From Chloroflexota bacterium (GTDB lineage Bacteria; Chloroflexota; Limnocylindria; Limnocylindrales; CSP1-4), in contig PMIP01000084.1 in the NCBI GenBank assembly GCA_003158295.1, positions 48,992-112,991 of the forward strand: a DNA stretch of 64,000 nt, in the 5' to 3' direction. The notes beneath the pieces were generated by a model. That model had not been told where the DNA came from, did no database searches, and worked only from the letters and a program-made list of their open reading frames with translations. The translations under genes were made by a program, and so were the position numbers. This document shows, piece by piece, positions 18,098 through 28,229 of the stretch (positions are counted from its first letter, which is position 1; the number at the start of each line of letters is the position of its first letter).

Positions 18098-19510
18098 GTG
18101 CGTGTGGACGTCGTCCAGCTGTCCCGCATCCAGTTCGCCCTGACTATCAGCTTCCACTTCGTCTTTCCCGCGGTCACGATCGGCCTTGCCGGGCTGATCG
18201 CCATCGTTGAGACGATGCGCTGGCGGACCAGGCGCGACGTATACGACCGGTTGTCGGTCTTCCTCACCAAGCTGTTCGCCGTCACCTTCGTCATCGGCGT
18301 GGTGAGCGGCATCGTCATGGAGTTCCAGTTCGGCACCAACTGGTCCACCTTCTCCGGATTCGTGGGCGACATCTTCGGAGCGCCGCTGGCCGCCGAAGGG
18401 ATCTTCGCCTTCTTCCTGGAGTCGGCCTTCGTAGGGATAGTCCTGTTCGGGCGGAACCGCGTTGGCTCGACGGTCAGGTGGCTGGCGGGCGTGCTGGTCT
18501 GCCTGGGCACGACGATATCGGCCTTCTGGATCCTGGTGGCCAATTCCTGGATGCAGACGCCGGCCGGCTTCAAGATCGTCACCGACGCGAACGGCGTCTC
18601 GAAGGCCCAGATGACCGACTTCTGGCAGGCCACCTTCAACCCGTCGATTCTTCAGCGACTCTTCCACACTCTGGCGGCGTGCTGGGTCGTCGGCGCGTTC
18701 TTCCTCATGGGGATCTCCGCCTGGTACGTCCTGCGCCATCGCAACTCCGACGTGACCGCCATCGCCCTCCGGCTGGCAGTCATCGTCGCCTTCCTCGGAT
18801 CGGGCCTCATGTTCGTCAGCGGCGACTTGCAGACCCGCGAGGTGCAGGCCAACCAGCCGCTCAAGTTCGCGGCCATGGAAGGCGTCTTCAAGACCGAGAA
18901 CGGCGTGGCCCTTGAGATCATCGGCCTGCCGCCGAGCCAAACCGGTCCGGCCGCCGTCCCGCCACTCGCCATCCCCAACGGCCTCAGCGCCATGACCAAT
19001 CTCGATCCGAACAGCCAGATCAAAGGCCTGGATCAGGAGCCGGACACTTCTCTCTGGCCGCCGGTGGCTCTGACGTGGATGAGCTTCCACCTAATGGTCG
19101 GCCTGGGCGTCCTGATGATGCTGCTGATGCTCTTTGGGGCCTTCCTCTGGTGGCGGCGCTCGCTGGATACGAACGTCTGGTGGCTGCGCTTCGCGGTGCT
19201 GGCGATCCCGCTGCCCATCATCGCGGTAGAGCTCGGCTGGATGACCGCCGAGGTCGGCCGACAGCCCTGGATCGTGCAGGGGCTGATGATGACCTCGAAG
19301 GGTGTATCGCCGGGGGTTTCGGCGACCGACGTTGGGATTTCACTCCTGGCGATCCTCCTCGTATACGCCCTGCTCTTCTTCCTGTGGATCTACGCGCTGT
19401 CCAAGGAGATCGGACGCGGGCCCGAGCCCGCCCCCGGCGTGGTGGTGGATCTGGCCGCCCGCGTGGTGGCCGCTCCGCCGAAAGCCGGGCGCTCCGAGGA
19501 GGGCAACTGA
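18098..19510 (+). CDS. cydA: cytochrome bd ubiquinol oxidase subunit I
   Basis: 470 aa. Q-loop and haem ligands in a typical CydA layout (RIQFALTISFHFVFPAVTIGL, WMQTPAG, GRQPW). Start could be the GTG at 18104. Confidence 0.9.
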   Translation: MRVDVVQLSRIQFALTISFHFVFPAVTIGLAGLIAIVETMRWRTRRDVYDRLSVFLTKLFAVTFVIGVVSGIVMEFQFGTNWSTFSGFVGDIFGAPLAAEGIFAFFLESAFVGIVLFGRNRVGSTVRWLAGVLVCLGTTISAFWILVANSWMQTPAGFKIVTDANGVSKAQMTDFWQATFNPSILQRLFHTLAACWVVGAFFLMGISAWYVLRHRNSDVTAIALRLAVIVAFLGSGLMFVSGDLQTREVQANQPLKFAAMEGVFKTENGVALEIIGLPPSQTGPAAVPPLAIPNGLSAMTNLDPNSQIKGLDQEPDTSLWPPVALTWMSFHLMVGLGVLMMLLMLFGAFLWWRRSLDTNVWWLRFAVLAIPLPIIAVELGWMTAEVGRQPWIVQGLMMTSKGVSPGVSATDVGISLLAILLVYALLFFLWIYALSKEIGRGPEPAPGVVVDLAARVVAAPPKAGRSEEGN

Positions 19511-19511
19511 C

Positions 19512-20531
19512 ATGCCTTCGCTACCGACCGTCTGGTTCCTTCTGCTCGGCCTGCTGCTCGTCGGCTATGCGGTTCTCGACGGCTTCGACCTCGGGGCCGG
19601 CATCGTCCATCTCCTCGTCGCCCGAAATGACGCGGAGAGGCGCAGCGTCCTCAACGCGATCGGTCCCGTCTGGGACGGCAACGAAGTCTGGCTGATCACC
19701 GGCGGCGGCGCGCTGTTTGCCGCCTTCCCGCTGGTGTACGCGACGGTTTTCTCGGGCTTCTACCTGGCCGTGATGCTCCTGCTCGGCGCGCTCATCCTGC
19801 GGGCGGTTTCGATCGAGTTCCGGAGCAAGGAAACGAACAGGCTGTGGCGCTTGTGGTGGGACGCAGGTTTCGCGCTGGGGTCGGCCCTGGCGGCGCTCCT
19901 CTTCGGCGTGGCCCTGGGCAACATCGTGCGAGGTCTGCCGCTGGACGACGGCGGCGTCTACCGCGGTGGCCTGGCCGGGCTGCTCAACCCCTTCTCGATC
20001 GTGATGGGCGTGCTCACCCTCGGGCTCGCGGCCCAGCAGGGTTCTTCCTGGCTCGTGCTCAAGACCGAGGGAGCTCTCCGGACTCGAGCTCAGCGAGCCG
20101 GCGTGGCGTCCACTGTGGTTGTCATCGCGGCCTGGCTTGGGGCGACCGGCATCGCCTGGTTCGACTCCAACCGCGTCTTCGACAACTTCGCGCGGAACCC
20201 TCTCGCCTGGGTCGGCCCCGTCGGGGCGGCCGTGGCGCTCGCGGGAATGCTGTACGCGTATCGCCGGCGACAGGAGTTCCTGGCGTTCGTCTTGTCGAGC
20301 GTGGCGATCGTGGGCCTGGCTGCCACGGCCGGCGCGACCCTGTATCCCAACCTGGTTCCCGCCGTCGATGCGACGCGAAGCCTGACGGTGGACAACGCCC
20401 ATTCCTCGGACACGACCCTTACGGTCATGCTCGTCATCGCCCTCGTCGGCATGCCGATCGTGCTCGCCTACACGGCCTTCATCTACTGGAAGTTCAAGGG
20501 CAAGGTCCAGCTGGACGAAGCCGGCTACTGA
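19512..20531 (+). CDS. cydB: cytochrome bd ubiquinol oxidase subunit II
   Basis: Starts MPSLPTVWFLLLGLLLVGYAVLDGFDLGAG (CydB N-terminal signature), 2 nt after the cydA stop. Confidence 0.9.
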   Translation: MPSLPTVWFLLLGLLLVGYAVLDGFDLGAGIVHLLVARNDAERRSVLNAIGPVWDGNEVWLITGGGALFAAFPLVYATVFSGFYLAVMLLLGALILRAVSIEFRSKETNRLWRLWWDAGFALGSALAALLFGVALGNIVRGLPLDDGGVYRGGLAGLLNPFSIVMGVLTLGLAAQQGSSWLVLKTEGALRTRAQRAGVASTVVVIAAWLGATGIAWFDSNRVFDNFARNPLAWVGPVGAAVALAGMLYAYRRRQEFLAFVLSSVAIVGLAATAGATLYPNLVPAVDATRSLTVDNAHSSDTTLTVMLVIALVGMPIVLAYTAFIYWKFKGKVQLDEAGY

Positions 20532-20559
20532 CCCGGACCAAGGCGACGTCGCGTCCTGC

Positions 20560-20592
20560 GTCTCCGGCGCCGGACGCGCAACGGACCGGCCC
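20560..20592. terminator. GC-rich palindrome (gcgtctccggcgccggacgc) between convergent cydB and lysA; possible bidirectional terminator hairpin
   Basis: Near-perfect inverted repeat centred on CCGGCGCCGG. No U-tract, which is common in high-GC genomes. Confidence 0.3.
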
Positions 20593-20608
20593 GATCGGCG
20601 GCGCGGGT

Positions 20609-21913
20609 CTACCAGTCCGGATCGACCTGGCGATCCAGGAGCTCGGTCGGGGTCACGTGCGGCCGAATCAGGCGGGCGCGACCGGCCAGGACCGCAACTT
20701 CCGCCGGCCACGGATGCGACAGGAAGAGCGGCATGGACTCGGTGAAGCCGTAGGCTCCCAGGTCCAGCAACGCAACCAGGTCGCCGACTCGCGGCCGCGG
20801 AAGCATGGCCTCGGTCGAGAAGACGTCCAGGCCCGTGCACAACGGTCCCGCGACGGTGGTCCGGACCAGCGCTCGGACCGCGTCGGAGGTCAGAACGGCG
20901 AGGCGGTGCTCGCTTCGCACCAGGGCCGGCCGGACCGCGTGGTTGATGCCGCCGTCCAGGATCGCCACCGGCGCTGAGTCCGGGCCCTTGACGTCCACGA
21001 CGCGGGCCACGTAGGCCCCGGCCGGGCCGACCAGGAAGCGGCCCGGCTCGAGGAGCACGGTCATCTCGCGAAGGGCCGGGCTGGAATCCCAGTGACTTCG
21101 CAGCTCCGACAGCCGCCGCCCGAACAGCGCCAGGTCCAGCGGCCGCTCCCCGCTGGCGTAGGCGATCCCCAGCCCACCGCCCGCGTCCACGATGCGCAGG
21201 GAAACGCCTGCCTCGGAGGCCACTTGCCGGCCTATCTCCACGAGCTCCGCCACGTGGCCGGCGAGCTGCTCGGCGTCGCGCAGGTTGGAGGCGCCGAAAG
21301 CGTGGACCCCGAGCAGCTCCAGGTGCGACGAGGCCGCCGCCTCCCGGGCAGCCTCGGTCAGCGTCGCCAGCGGCATGCCGAACTTTCCCTCGACGCCGCC
21401 GATGAGGCGAACGGTTTCCAGGCGCGCATCCTCGGAGACGGCCAGGCGCAACAGGATCGGCTGGCGGCGGCCGAGCTCGGCAGCGATCGCTTCCAGGCGG
21501 CGCAGCTCCCCGCGAGACTCGACCATGACGATGCCCACCCCGGCTACGACCGCGGCCGAGAGTTCGTCGTCGCTCTTACCGGGTCCGGTCATCGCCACAA
21601 GAGCCGGGTCGAAGCCGGCCCGCAGGACCGTCTCCAGCTCGCCTCCGGACGCGATGTCCGCACCCACTCCGCAGCGTTGCAGGTGGGCCACGACGGCCAG
21701 GGCCGGGTTCGCTTTCACGGCGAAGGCGATCCGGAATCCGCGCGGCAGGACGGCCCGGAGGGCCTCCACTCGCCGCCCGATCAGGTCCAGGTCGTAGACG
21801 TAGAAGGGAGTGCTGAATTCCTCGGCGAGTGCTGCGGGGGAGAGCCCGGCAAGCCGGCCTGACTCCAATATGCCGTCGATCCCGCCGGTCGAGCGGGCGG
21901 CCGCTTCCGTCAC
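20609..21913 (-). CDS. lysA: diaminopimelate decarboxylase
   Basis: PLP fold-III decarboxylase motifs (FYVYDL, AFAVKAN, GGGLGI, EPGR). GTG start at 21913 overlaps the dapD stop (GTGA). Confidence 0.85.
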   Translation of the reverse strand: MTEAAARSTGGIDGILESGRLAGLSPAALAEEFSTPFYVYDLDLIGRRVEALRAVLPRGFRIAFAVKANPALAVVAHLQRCGVGADIASGGELETVLRAGFDPALVAMTGPGKSDDELSAAVVAGVGIVMVESRGELRRLEAIAAELGRRQPILLRLAVSEDARLETVRLIGGVEGKFGMPLATLTEAAREAAASSHLELLGVHAFGASNLRDAEQLAGHVAELVEIGRQVASEAGVSLRIVDAGGGLGIAYASGERPLDLALFGRRLSELRSHWDSSPALREMTVLLEPGRFLVGPAGAYVARVVDVKGPDSAPVAILDGGINHAVRPALVRSEHRLAVLTSDAVRALVRTTVAGPLCTGLDVFSTEAMLPRPRVGDLVALLDLGAYGFTESMPLFLSHPWPAEVAVLAGRARLIRPHVTPTELLDRQVDPDW

Positions 21914-22752
21914 CTCAGCGCCTCCTCGAGCGCGACCCGAGCGTCGGTCCGGTCGTCGCGGTACTTCACCACGATCGCGGCGGAGAGGGCAAGTCCGTTG
22001 CGCTCTGCGAAGGCGCCCGGGACGCTCCGCACGCCGGGCGCAACGACTGCGCCGGCGGGCACGACCAGGGGCTCTGCCAGCGTGCCGACGACGACCCGAT
22101 CCCGGGCCAGGTCGTACAGCCGGCTGGTTCCGGTCAGGATGACCCCGGCGGCGATGACCGCGCCTCTCTTGACGAGCACGCCTTCCAGGAGAGCGGCCTG
22201 GGCGCCGACGAAGACCTCGTCCTCGACGATCACGGGGCGCCGGCCGGGCGGTTCCAGGACGCCGCCGATCTGGACGCCGGCGGAGAGATGGACTCGCGCC
22301 CCGACCTGGGCGCACGATCCCACGAGGACGTGGGAGTCGACCATGGTTCCTTCGCCCAGCCACGCCCCGACGTTGATGTAGGAGGGCGGCATGATGGTTA
22401 CGCCCGGGGCCAGGTAGACGCCGCCCCGGACCGATGTCCCGCCCGGGACGACGCGCCACGGCTTCCCGGCCACCAGCGCCGCTCGGGCCTCCGGCGAGTC
22501 CAGCAGCTCCTTCACCGGAAGGCCGACGCGATCACGGAACTGGAAGGCGCCACCAAGATCCCAGGTCCGGGTCGCACGGTCCGCGAAGAGCTCCAGGATC
22601 GCCGCCTGTACCTCCGGATTGACGCGCCAGCCACCCGGGGCGTCTTCGTCCGGTTGGGCGGCCCGAACACGTCCCGCCTCAAGGTCGGCCAGGATGGCCC
22701 CGGGCGCGGCCGCGGAACCGGTCGCGCCTCCGGGAGCTTCCGCGCCGCTCAC
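21910..22752 (-). CDS. dapD: 2,3,4,5-tetrahydropyridine-2,6-dicarboxylate N-succinyltransferase
   Basis: Hexapeptide-repeat region YINVGAWLGEGTMVDSHVLVGSCAQVGARVHLSAGVQIGGVLEP closely matches E. coli DapD. GTG start at 22752 overlaps the dapA stop. Confidence 0.8.
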   Translation of the reverse strand: MSGAEAPGGATGSAAAPGAILADLEAGRVRAAQPDEDAPGGWRVNPEVQAAILELFADRATRTWDLGGAFQFRDRVGLPVKELLDSPEARAALVAGKPWRVVPGGTSVRGGVYLAPGVTIMPPSYINVGAWLGEGTMVDSHVLVGSCAQVGARVHLSAGVQIGGVLEPPGRRPVIVEDEVFVGAQAALLEGVLVKRGAVIAAGVILTGTSRLYDLARDRVVVGTLAEPLVVPAGAVVAPGVRSVPGAFAERNGLALSAAIVVKYRDDRTDARVALEEALR

Positions 22753-23741
22753 GCGTGGCTCGAAGCTGCGGTCCGCGATCGCCCGCCCGCCCGTCCTGCG
22801 GTCGCCGATCCAATGGCCACGACCTTGCTGGACTCGAGCAGGCCCGCTGTCTCGAGGATCAGGTGCATGCGCGCCCGGTGCGGCTCTTCGAGCGGCAGGA
22901 GTGGCATTCGCAGCGTATCCGAGCACAGCCCCATCATCGACATGGCCGCCTTCACCGGCACCGGGTTTGGGCCACCCACGAAATTCGCCTTCATGAGCGG
23001 CAGCCAGCGTTCGTGGATGCGCCGAGCCTGGTCCCAATCGCCGGCGAACGCGGCGTCGCACATCTCGGCCATCTCGCCCGGAATCTCGTTGGCGCATGTG
23101 CAGATGACGCCGTCGCCGCCGAGCGCGAGCATCGGCATCGTCCACGTGTCGTCGCCGGCGAGGACGGAGAAGTCGGCCGGGCGATCACGCAGGATCGTGG
23201 CGATCTGGTCCATGTTCGCCGACGCTTCCTTGACCGCGACGATCCGGGGGTGTTCGGCGAGACGGAGGAGCGTTGCCGCTTCCACGTTCACGCCGGTCCG
23301 GCCCGGGACGTTGTAGACGACGATCGGCAGATCGCCCTCGTCGGCGATGGCTCGGAAGTGCGCCTCGATCATGCGCTGGTCCGGCTTGTTGTAGTACGGC
23401 GCGACCACGAGGGCGGCGTCGACGCCGAGTTCCGCCGCCCGGCGCGTGGCGCGGATCGCGGTCGCGGTGCTGTTCGAGCCGGTTCCGGCGATGACCCGGA
23501 GGCGGGCACGGCTCGCCCGCTCGGACGCGACCTCCAGGGTGGTGGCGATCACCCACTCGTCCTCTTCGTGGCTCAGCGTCGGGGTCTCGCCCGTGGTGCC
23601 GCAGGGTACGAGGCCGTGGATACCGGCATCGATCTGGCGGCGAACGAGGGTCCGAAAAGCCTCCTCATCGATTGCGCCCGATTGGGTGAATGGAGTCACG
23701 AGGGCGGTAAACGCTCCTCGTAGCTGGCGGCTCAACGACAT
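22749..23741 (-). CDS. dapA: 4-hydroxy-tetrahydrodipicolinate synthase
   Basis: 330 aa. ALVTPF, GTTGE and the Schiff-base lysine region KEA motifs of DapA. Confidence 0.9.
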   Translation of the reverse strand: MSLSRQLRGAFTALVTPFTQSGAIDEEAFRTLVRRQIDAGIHGLVPCGTTGETPTLSHEEDEWVIATTLEVASERASRARLRVIAGTGSNSTATAIRATRRAAELGVDAALVVAPYYNKPDQRMIEAHFRAIADEGDLPIVVYNVPGRTGVNVEAATLLRLAEHPRIVAVKEASANMDQIATILRDRPADFSVLAGDDTWTMPMLALGGDGVICTCANEIPGEMAEMCDAAFAGDWDQARRIHERWLPLMKANFVGGPNPVPVKAAMSMMGLCSDTLRMPLLPLEEPHRARMHLILETAGLLESSKVVAIGSATAGRAGGRSRTAASSHA

Positions 23742-23830
23742 CTCGAATTCTCCTTGGTGGTCAGGACGGCGGCGGTTGGCGATCTACGGGCGGTCGAAGT
23801 CGGCGGCGATTCCGCCGGCCGATTGCCGGC

Positions 23831-24652
23831 TCATGGGTTGGGGGTGCCGGCAGAAAGGACGCCGGGCGCCGGCCGACCATTCGAACCTTCGTCCGCCGAC
23901 TGCTTGGTGATGATCGAGTCGACGACCTCGTCGAAGCTGTGGAAGCCCGGAGCGCGCGGCTCGGCCAGGAGCCACTCGGCTGCCGTGATCGCGCCTGCGG
24001 CGTAGGCCGATCGATCGCGGGCCGTGAGGCGCATCTCCAGGGTCTCTCCTGGGGCGTCGAAGCCCACGAGGTGCATCCCCGGCGCGCTCCCGGCGCGGAT
24101 TACGGCCACGTCCAGCTCTTCGGGGGCGGGGGCGCCGTGCACCATGGCCCGGGCCACGCGCTGCTTGCGAGGATGGGCGGCGATCAGGCGTCGGGACAGG
24201 TCGAGGGCGGTGCCGGATGGGCGGTCCGCCTTGGTACGGCGGTGCCACTCCACGAGGTACGGGTCGTATTCCGCGAACGGGCCGAAGAGGCGAGCGGCGT
24301 CCTCGACCAGTCGGGCGAACAGCATCACCCCCAGGCTGAAGCTGGCAGAGGCAACGGCCGCCGCTTCGTGCTGGATCAGGAGGGCTTCGGCCGCGGCGCG
24401 GTCGGCCGACCAGTTGGTGGTGCCGATGACGAACCGCCTGATTCCGCCCTCGAGCGCCGCTCGGACGTTCTGCAGGACGGCCTCGCCGACGGTGAACTCG
24501 AAGAGCACCTCCGCACCTTCGAACCGGGAGGACGCGTGGCCGGCGCTCGTCTCGGGCATGCCCAGGATCGCGGTGGGTGGCATGCCTCGCCCGGAGAGGG
24601 CAGCGGCAACGGCACGGCCCATGCCTCCGTCGCCGGCTACGATGCTGAGCAT
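23831..24652 (-). CDS. dapB: 4-hydroxy-tetrahydrodipicolinate reductase
   Basis: 273 aa. N-terminal Rossmann fold plus the EWHHRRKADAPSGTA-like segment (EWHRRTKADRPSGTAL). RBS ggagg ahead of the ATG. Confidence 0.85.
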   Translation of the reverse strand: MLSIVAGDGGMGRAVAAALSGRGMPPTAILGMPETSAGHASSRFEGAEVLFEFTVGEAVLQNVRAALEGGIRRFVIGTTNWSADRAAAEALLIQHEAAAVASASFSLGVMLFARLVEDAARLFGPFAEYDPYLVEWHRRTKADRPSGTALDLSRRLIAAHPRKQRVARAMVHGAPAPEELDVAVIRAGSAPGMHLVGFDAPGETLEMRLTARDRSAYAAGAITAAEWLLAEPRAPGFHSFDEVVDSIITKQSADEGSNGRPAPGVLSAGTPNP

Positions 24653-25064
24653 TCCCGATCCTCCGTTATGTCTGTGTCGTGGCTGCTTGCGTGAAACAGA
24701 AAGGCCGCGGCACCGCCTGTGGTGTCGCGGCCCTCGGGAGCTTCGTGCCCCTCGGCTCCGCGGTTCGCTACGAACGCCGCCGAGCCCTAGGGCCGTGCCT
24801 CCCGGCAGGGCCGCCAGCGCTTGGACTTGGGCTTGGCGAGCATTCGAACGAACATGGTTCGCGGATTATGCATCAACTGGCGGCTGATACGCAACTGTTG
24901 CGGAGCTTATTCAGGCTGCATACGCGAGAGATGCATAGACGGTATGCGCCGCGGATTCCGCGACGGGAGCCGCCGCCGGAAAGTCCCGCCTGCCGTGTCT
25001 TAGTACTACTGGAGGTGGAAATGAGCGGAAACCGTCCCTGGCCCCCGCGCCCCCGCGCCGCTCG

Positions 25065-26135
25065 CTACTTGAGCGCCTCGGCGAGGATCTTGGTGAGCTG
25101 ATCCCACTCGACCAGGAAGGCGTCGTGGCCCTTGGTGGAGAGAATCTCGCGATAGGCCGCGTCCATGCCGGCCTCGTTCGCGGCCTCGACCATCGCCTTG
25201 ACCTGGTTCGTGCCGTAGAGGATGTCTCCCTCGATGCCGACGCCGGTCAGACGCGTTCCGTACGCGGCCAGCCGCGCCAGGGCGGCAACGACTCCGCCGC
25301 GTTCGCGGCCGATGTCGTGCGAATCCATCGCCAGGACGAGCGAGCGGTAGGTGTCGGGATCGAACCGATCCAGGAGCTTGCGGCCCTGGTGGTGCAGGTA
25401 GCTGACGATCGAGGGCGTGCCGTCCGGCTCGGCCCGACCGGCGAAGCGCTGCTCGAAGTCGATCTCGCTGCGGTAGGTCGTGATCGCCAGCTGGCGTGCC
25501 AGGTCCAGGCCCTCCATGCCGAGCTTGTCGACGATCTCGAGCTGGATGTTGTCCCAGCCGACCGCGAGCTGGCCGATGCGCGCGGGGGCGGCCATCGGCA
25601 CGACCCGGCTGATCTCGCCCGGCCGTTCCAGCGCGACCTCGAGTGCGACCATTCCGCCCAGCGACCCGCCAACCGCGAGAGCCAGCTTGCCGATCCCCAA
25701 CGCGTCGAGAAGGCGCCATTGGGCCCGGGCCTGATCGCGGACCGAGACGCGGGGAAACGACCGTCCGTAGGGCTTGCCGGTCAGGGGGTTGCGTGAGGTC
25801 GGGCCGCTGGTGCCGTAGCGGCTGCCGAGCAGGTTCATGCAGATGACGCCGTACTTGTCGGTGTCGAGGATCTGGCCCGGCCCGATCAGCGGCGCCCACC
25901 AGTCGCCCGCGGCGTCGGCCGACCCGGTAAGGGCGTGGACGACCAGGATCTGCCGTCCCTCGCCCACCGGGATGCCGTCGTGGCGGTAGGCCACGACCAG
26001 ATCCGGCAGCACCGCGCCCGACTCGAGCTGGAAGCGTCCGAGCCAGCGTGAGGCGATCTTTCCGGCTTGCGGGTCCGGCTGATTGTCCACATCGCTCAGG
26101 CTACGAAAACCGAGGTCTCCGCGTGCGGTCGACAC
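25065..26135 (-). CDS. metX: homoserine O-acetyltransferase (MetX); true start uncertain, ORF is open to 26423
   Basis: Alpha/beta-hydrolase with GGSLGGM nucleophile elbow. SDVDNQPDPQAGKIASRWLGRFQLESGAVLPD aligns with the mature N-terminus of mycobacterial MetX. The 100-aa upstream extension is low-complexity (R/S/T/A). Confidence 0.75.
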   Translation of the reverse strand: MSTARGDLGFRSLSDVDNQPDPQAGKIASRWLGRFQLESGAVLPDLVVAYRHDGIPVGEGRQILVVHALTGSADAAGDWWAPLIGPGQILDTDKYGVICMNLLGSRYGTSGPTSRNPLTGKPYGRSFPRVSVRDQARAQWRLLDALGIGKLALAVGGSLGGMVALEVALERPGEISRVVPMAAPARIGQLAVGWDNIQLEIVDKLGMEGLDLARQLAITTYRSEIDFEQRFAGRAEPDGTPSIVSYLHHQGRKLLDRFDPDTYRSLVLAMDSHDIGRERGGVVAALARLAAYGTRLTGVGIEGDILYGTNQVKAMVEAANEAGMDAAYREILSTKGHDAFLVEWDQLTKILAEALK

Positions 26136-26444
26136 GCCGGGATCGGCGGCGATGAACCTCGATCCTGACGCTTGAGTGGCTGAAAGGGTCGCTTCCGCCC
26201 ACGTTGAGGCGTCTGCGGCGCCCTCGGCCGGGAGTACGGCCTTGGTCGACACGACGGCCTTGGTCGGGCGGGCGGCCTCGTCCGGAGACGGAGTCGCGCC
26301 GGATCCCACGGGGGACCCGGCACGCCCGACCGCTGATTCGTCGCGAGTTCCGGGGCGAGCGGCATCGGTTCGGGCGGAACCGGTGCGCTGCCGCGAAACC
26401 CAACGAGTCGTCGACGCCGACATAGCGCTACTCCGAAACCTGAC

Positions 26445-28028
<1,584 letters not shown>

Positions 28029-28229
28029 TCATGGAACCGCGCAGGCTGGAGGCCTGGCGCGAATTCTCCCGGTGGCTGAAGGTGCTGGCGTTCATTGGGG
28101 GGAGAGTGTGCCGCAAAGGACGGGGATGCGCAAGTGCGTCGCACCGGGCGTCGCTCCTGCCGGCGAGTTGACCCGCGGCGGCCGACTGCCGGCCCGGGTC
28201 GGCCCCTGCGAAGGCCGCCGAACGGGAAT

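Noticed and set aside
24653-24820. Lysine riboswitch upstream of dapB
   Set aside because: None of the conserved L-box elements (AGAGGUGC, GCCGAAG, CUGUCA) are present. Kept only as a leader of unknown function.
26136-26423. N-terminal 100-aa extension of MetX
   Set aside because: Low-complexity and unlike MetX N-termini. Kept as an uncertainty, not annotated as coding with confidence.
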